DNA of 64,000 bases, taken from positions 1 through 64,000 of IMG/VR virus record IMGVR_UViG_3300027770_000057, one strand, 5' to 3'. The first letter of the stretch is position 1. Each line of letters starts with the position of its first letter. This stretch comes from an uncultured virus (IMG/VR IMGVR_UViG_3300027770_000057). Taxonomy: Duplodnaviria; Heunggongvirae; Uroviricota; Caudoviricetes. The notes under the pieces are model-generated. The model had not been told where the DNA came from. It saw only the letters and a program-made list of their open reading frames with translations, and did no database searches. Position numbers and translations under genes: made by a program. This document shows positions 57,816 to 64,000 of the stretch, piece after piece.

Positions 57816-58420
57816 TCGCTTAATTTAAATGGAGCTTTTTTTCCTGCATTATTAAATTTTTCATTATCTGGTTTATCTTTTCTACCTTTTATATGTTTTA
57901 TGCTAAATGGCTTATCATCCATAGCATCGTTATGCTTTTCATTGTCTGGCTTATCTTTTCTACCTTTTATATGTTTTATGCTAAATGGATGCCCATCCAT
58001 AGCATCGTTATGTCTTTCATTGTTTTTTTTATGTTGCGTTGGTTTTAAATGACTTATATTAAAAAGACCACCATCTCCAGAAGCATTATGTTTCCAATTA
58101 TCAGTTGGTTTGCCATTGCCTTTTATGTGAGTTATTTTAAAAGGTGATTTTTCCCCAGCCTTATTGTGTATTTCATTATTATTGTTTGGTTGCTTTGGCT
58201 TTAAATGATTAATTTTAAAAGGATTTTTTTCGCCAATATTATTCCATAAACGATCATCTTTACTTATGTATAAAATTGCATCAGCAGAAGCTGGAATAAA
58301 ATAAGCTGGTGGCAGTAAACATAATCCACCATATCCACATGGATACAGAAGTGTCTTTCCAGCAGTTGCACCTTCTACTATTTTATTTTCTTCTTGTATT
58401 AGCCATTTTTTAAATGTCAT
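57812..58420 (-). CDS. basic repeat protein with capsid-targeting-like N-terminus
   Basis: MTFKKWLIQE; about six N…PFxIxH(L/I)K repeats of ~26 aa. Confidence 0.7.
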   Translation of the reverse strand: MTFKKWLIQEENKIVEGATAGKTLLYPCGYGGLCLLPPAYFIPASADAILYISKDDRLWNNIGEKNPFKINHLKPKQPNNNNEIHNKAGEKSPFKITHIKGNGKPTDNWKHNASGDGGLFNISHLKPTQHKKNNERHNDAMDGHPFSIKHIKGRKDKPDNEKHNDAMDDKPFSIKHIKGRKDKPDNEKFNNAGKKAPFKLSD

Positions 58421-58454
58421 GATGTATATATTGTTATTTTATATATTCTTACTG

Positions 58455-64000
<5,546 letters not shown>

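Overview
This is a very AT-rich 64-kb segment of a large T4-like (myovirus-type, probably jumbo) bacteriophage genome read in the standard genetic code. The minus strand carries the morphogenesis genes. From right to left they are a partial tape-measure protein, a baseplate cluster (tube-initiator-like, gp53/LysM, hub, gp5/VgrG-like, gp25, gp6, gp7-like), and three paralogous PKD-domain proteins, one with a huge Pro/Cys repeat array. Then come the large terminase, an intein-containing portal, a prohead core candidate, prohead protease, scaffold and major capsid protein. Interspersed, often on the plus strand, are a primase, a Cas4/RecB-like nuclease, HNH and degenerate LAGLIDADG genes, an actin-like ATPase, a ferritin-like protein, a flavin amine oxidase, two extra proteases, three sulfotransferase-like genes, glycosyltransferase-like genes, an acyl carrier protein and a hyper-acidic protein. 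The most striking unexplained locus lies just downstream of the capsid gene. Four tandem genes share only an N-terminal MGA(S/T)SxxGxGxG peptide and are flanked by ACP, a GNAT-like gene, Thr-rich mucin-like proteins and a sulfotransferase, which suggests a virion decoration and modification system. No tRNA, rRNA or CRISPR array was seen. All calls come from motif recognition by eye; no database search was run.
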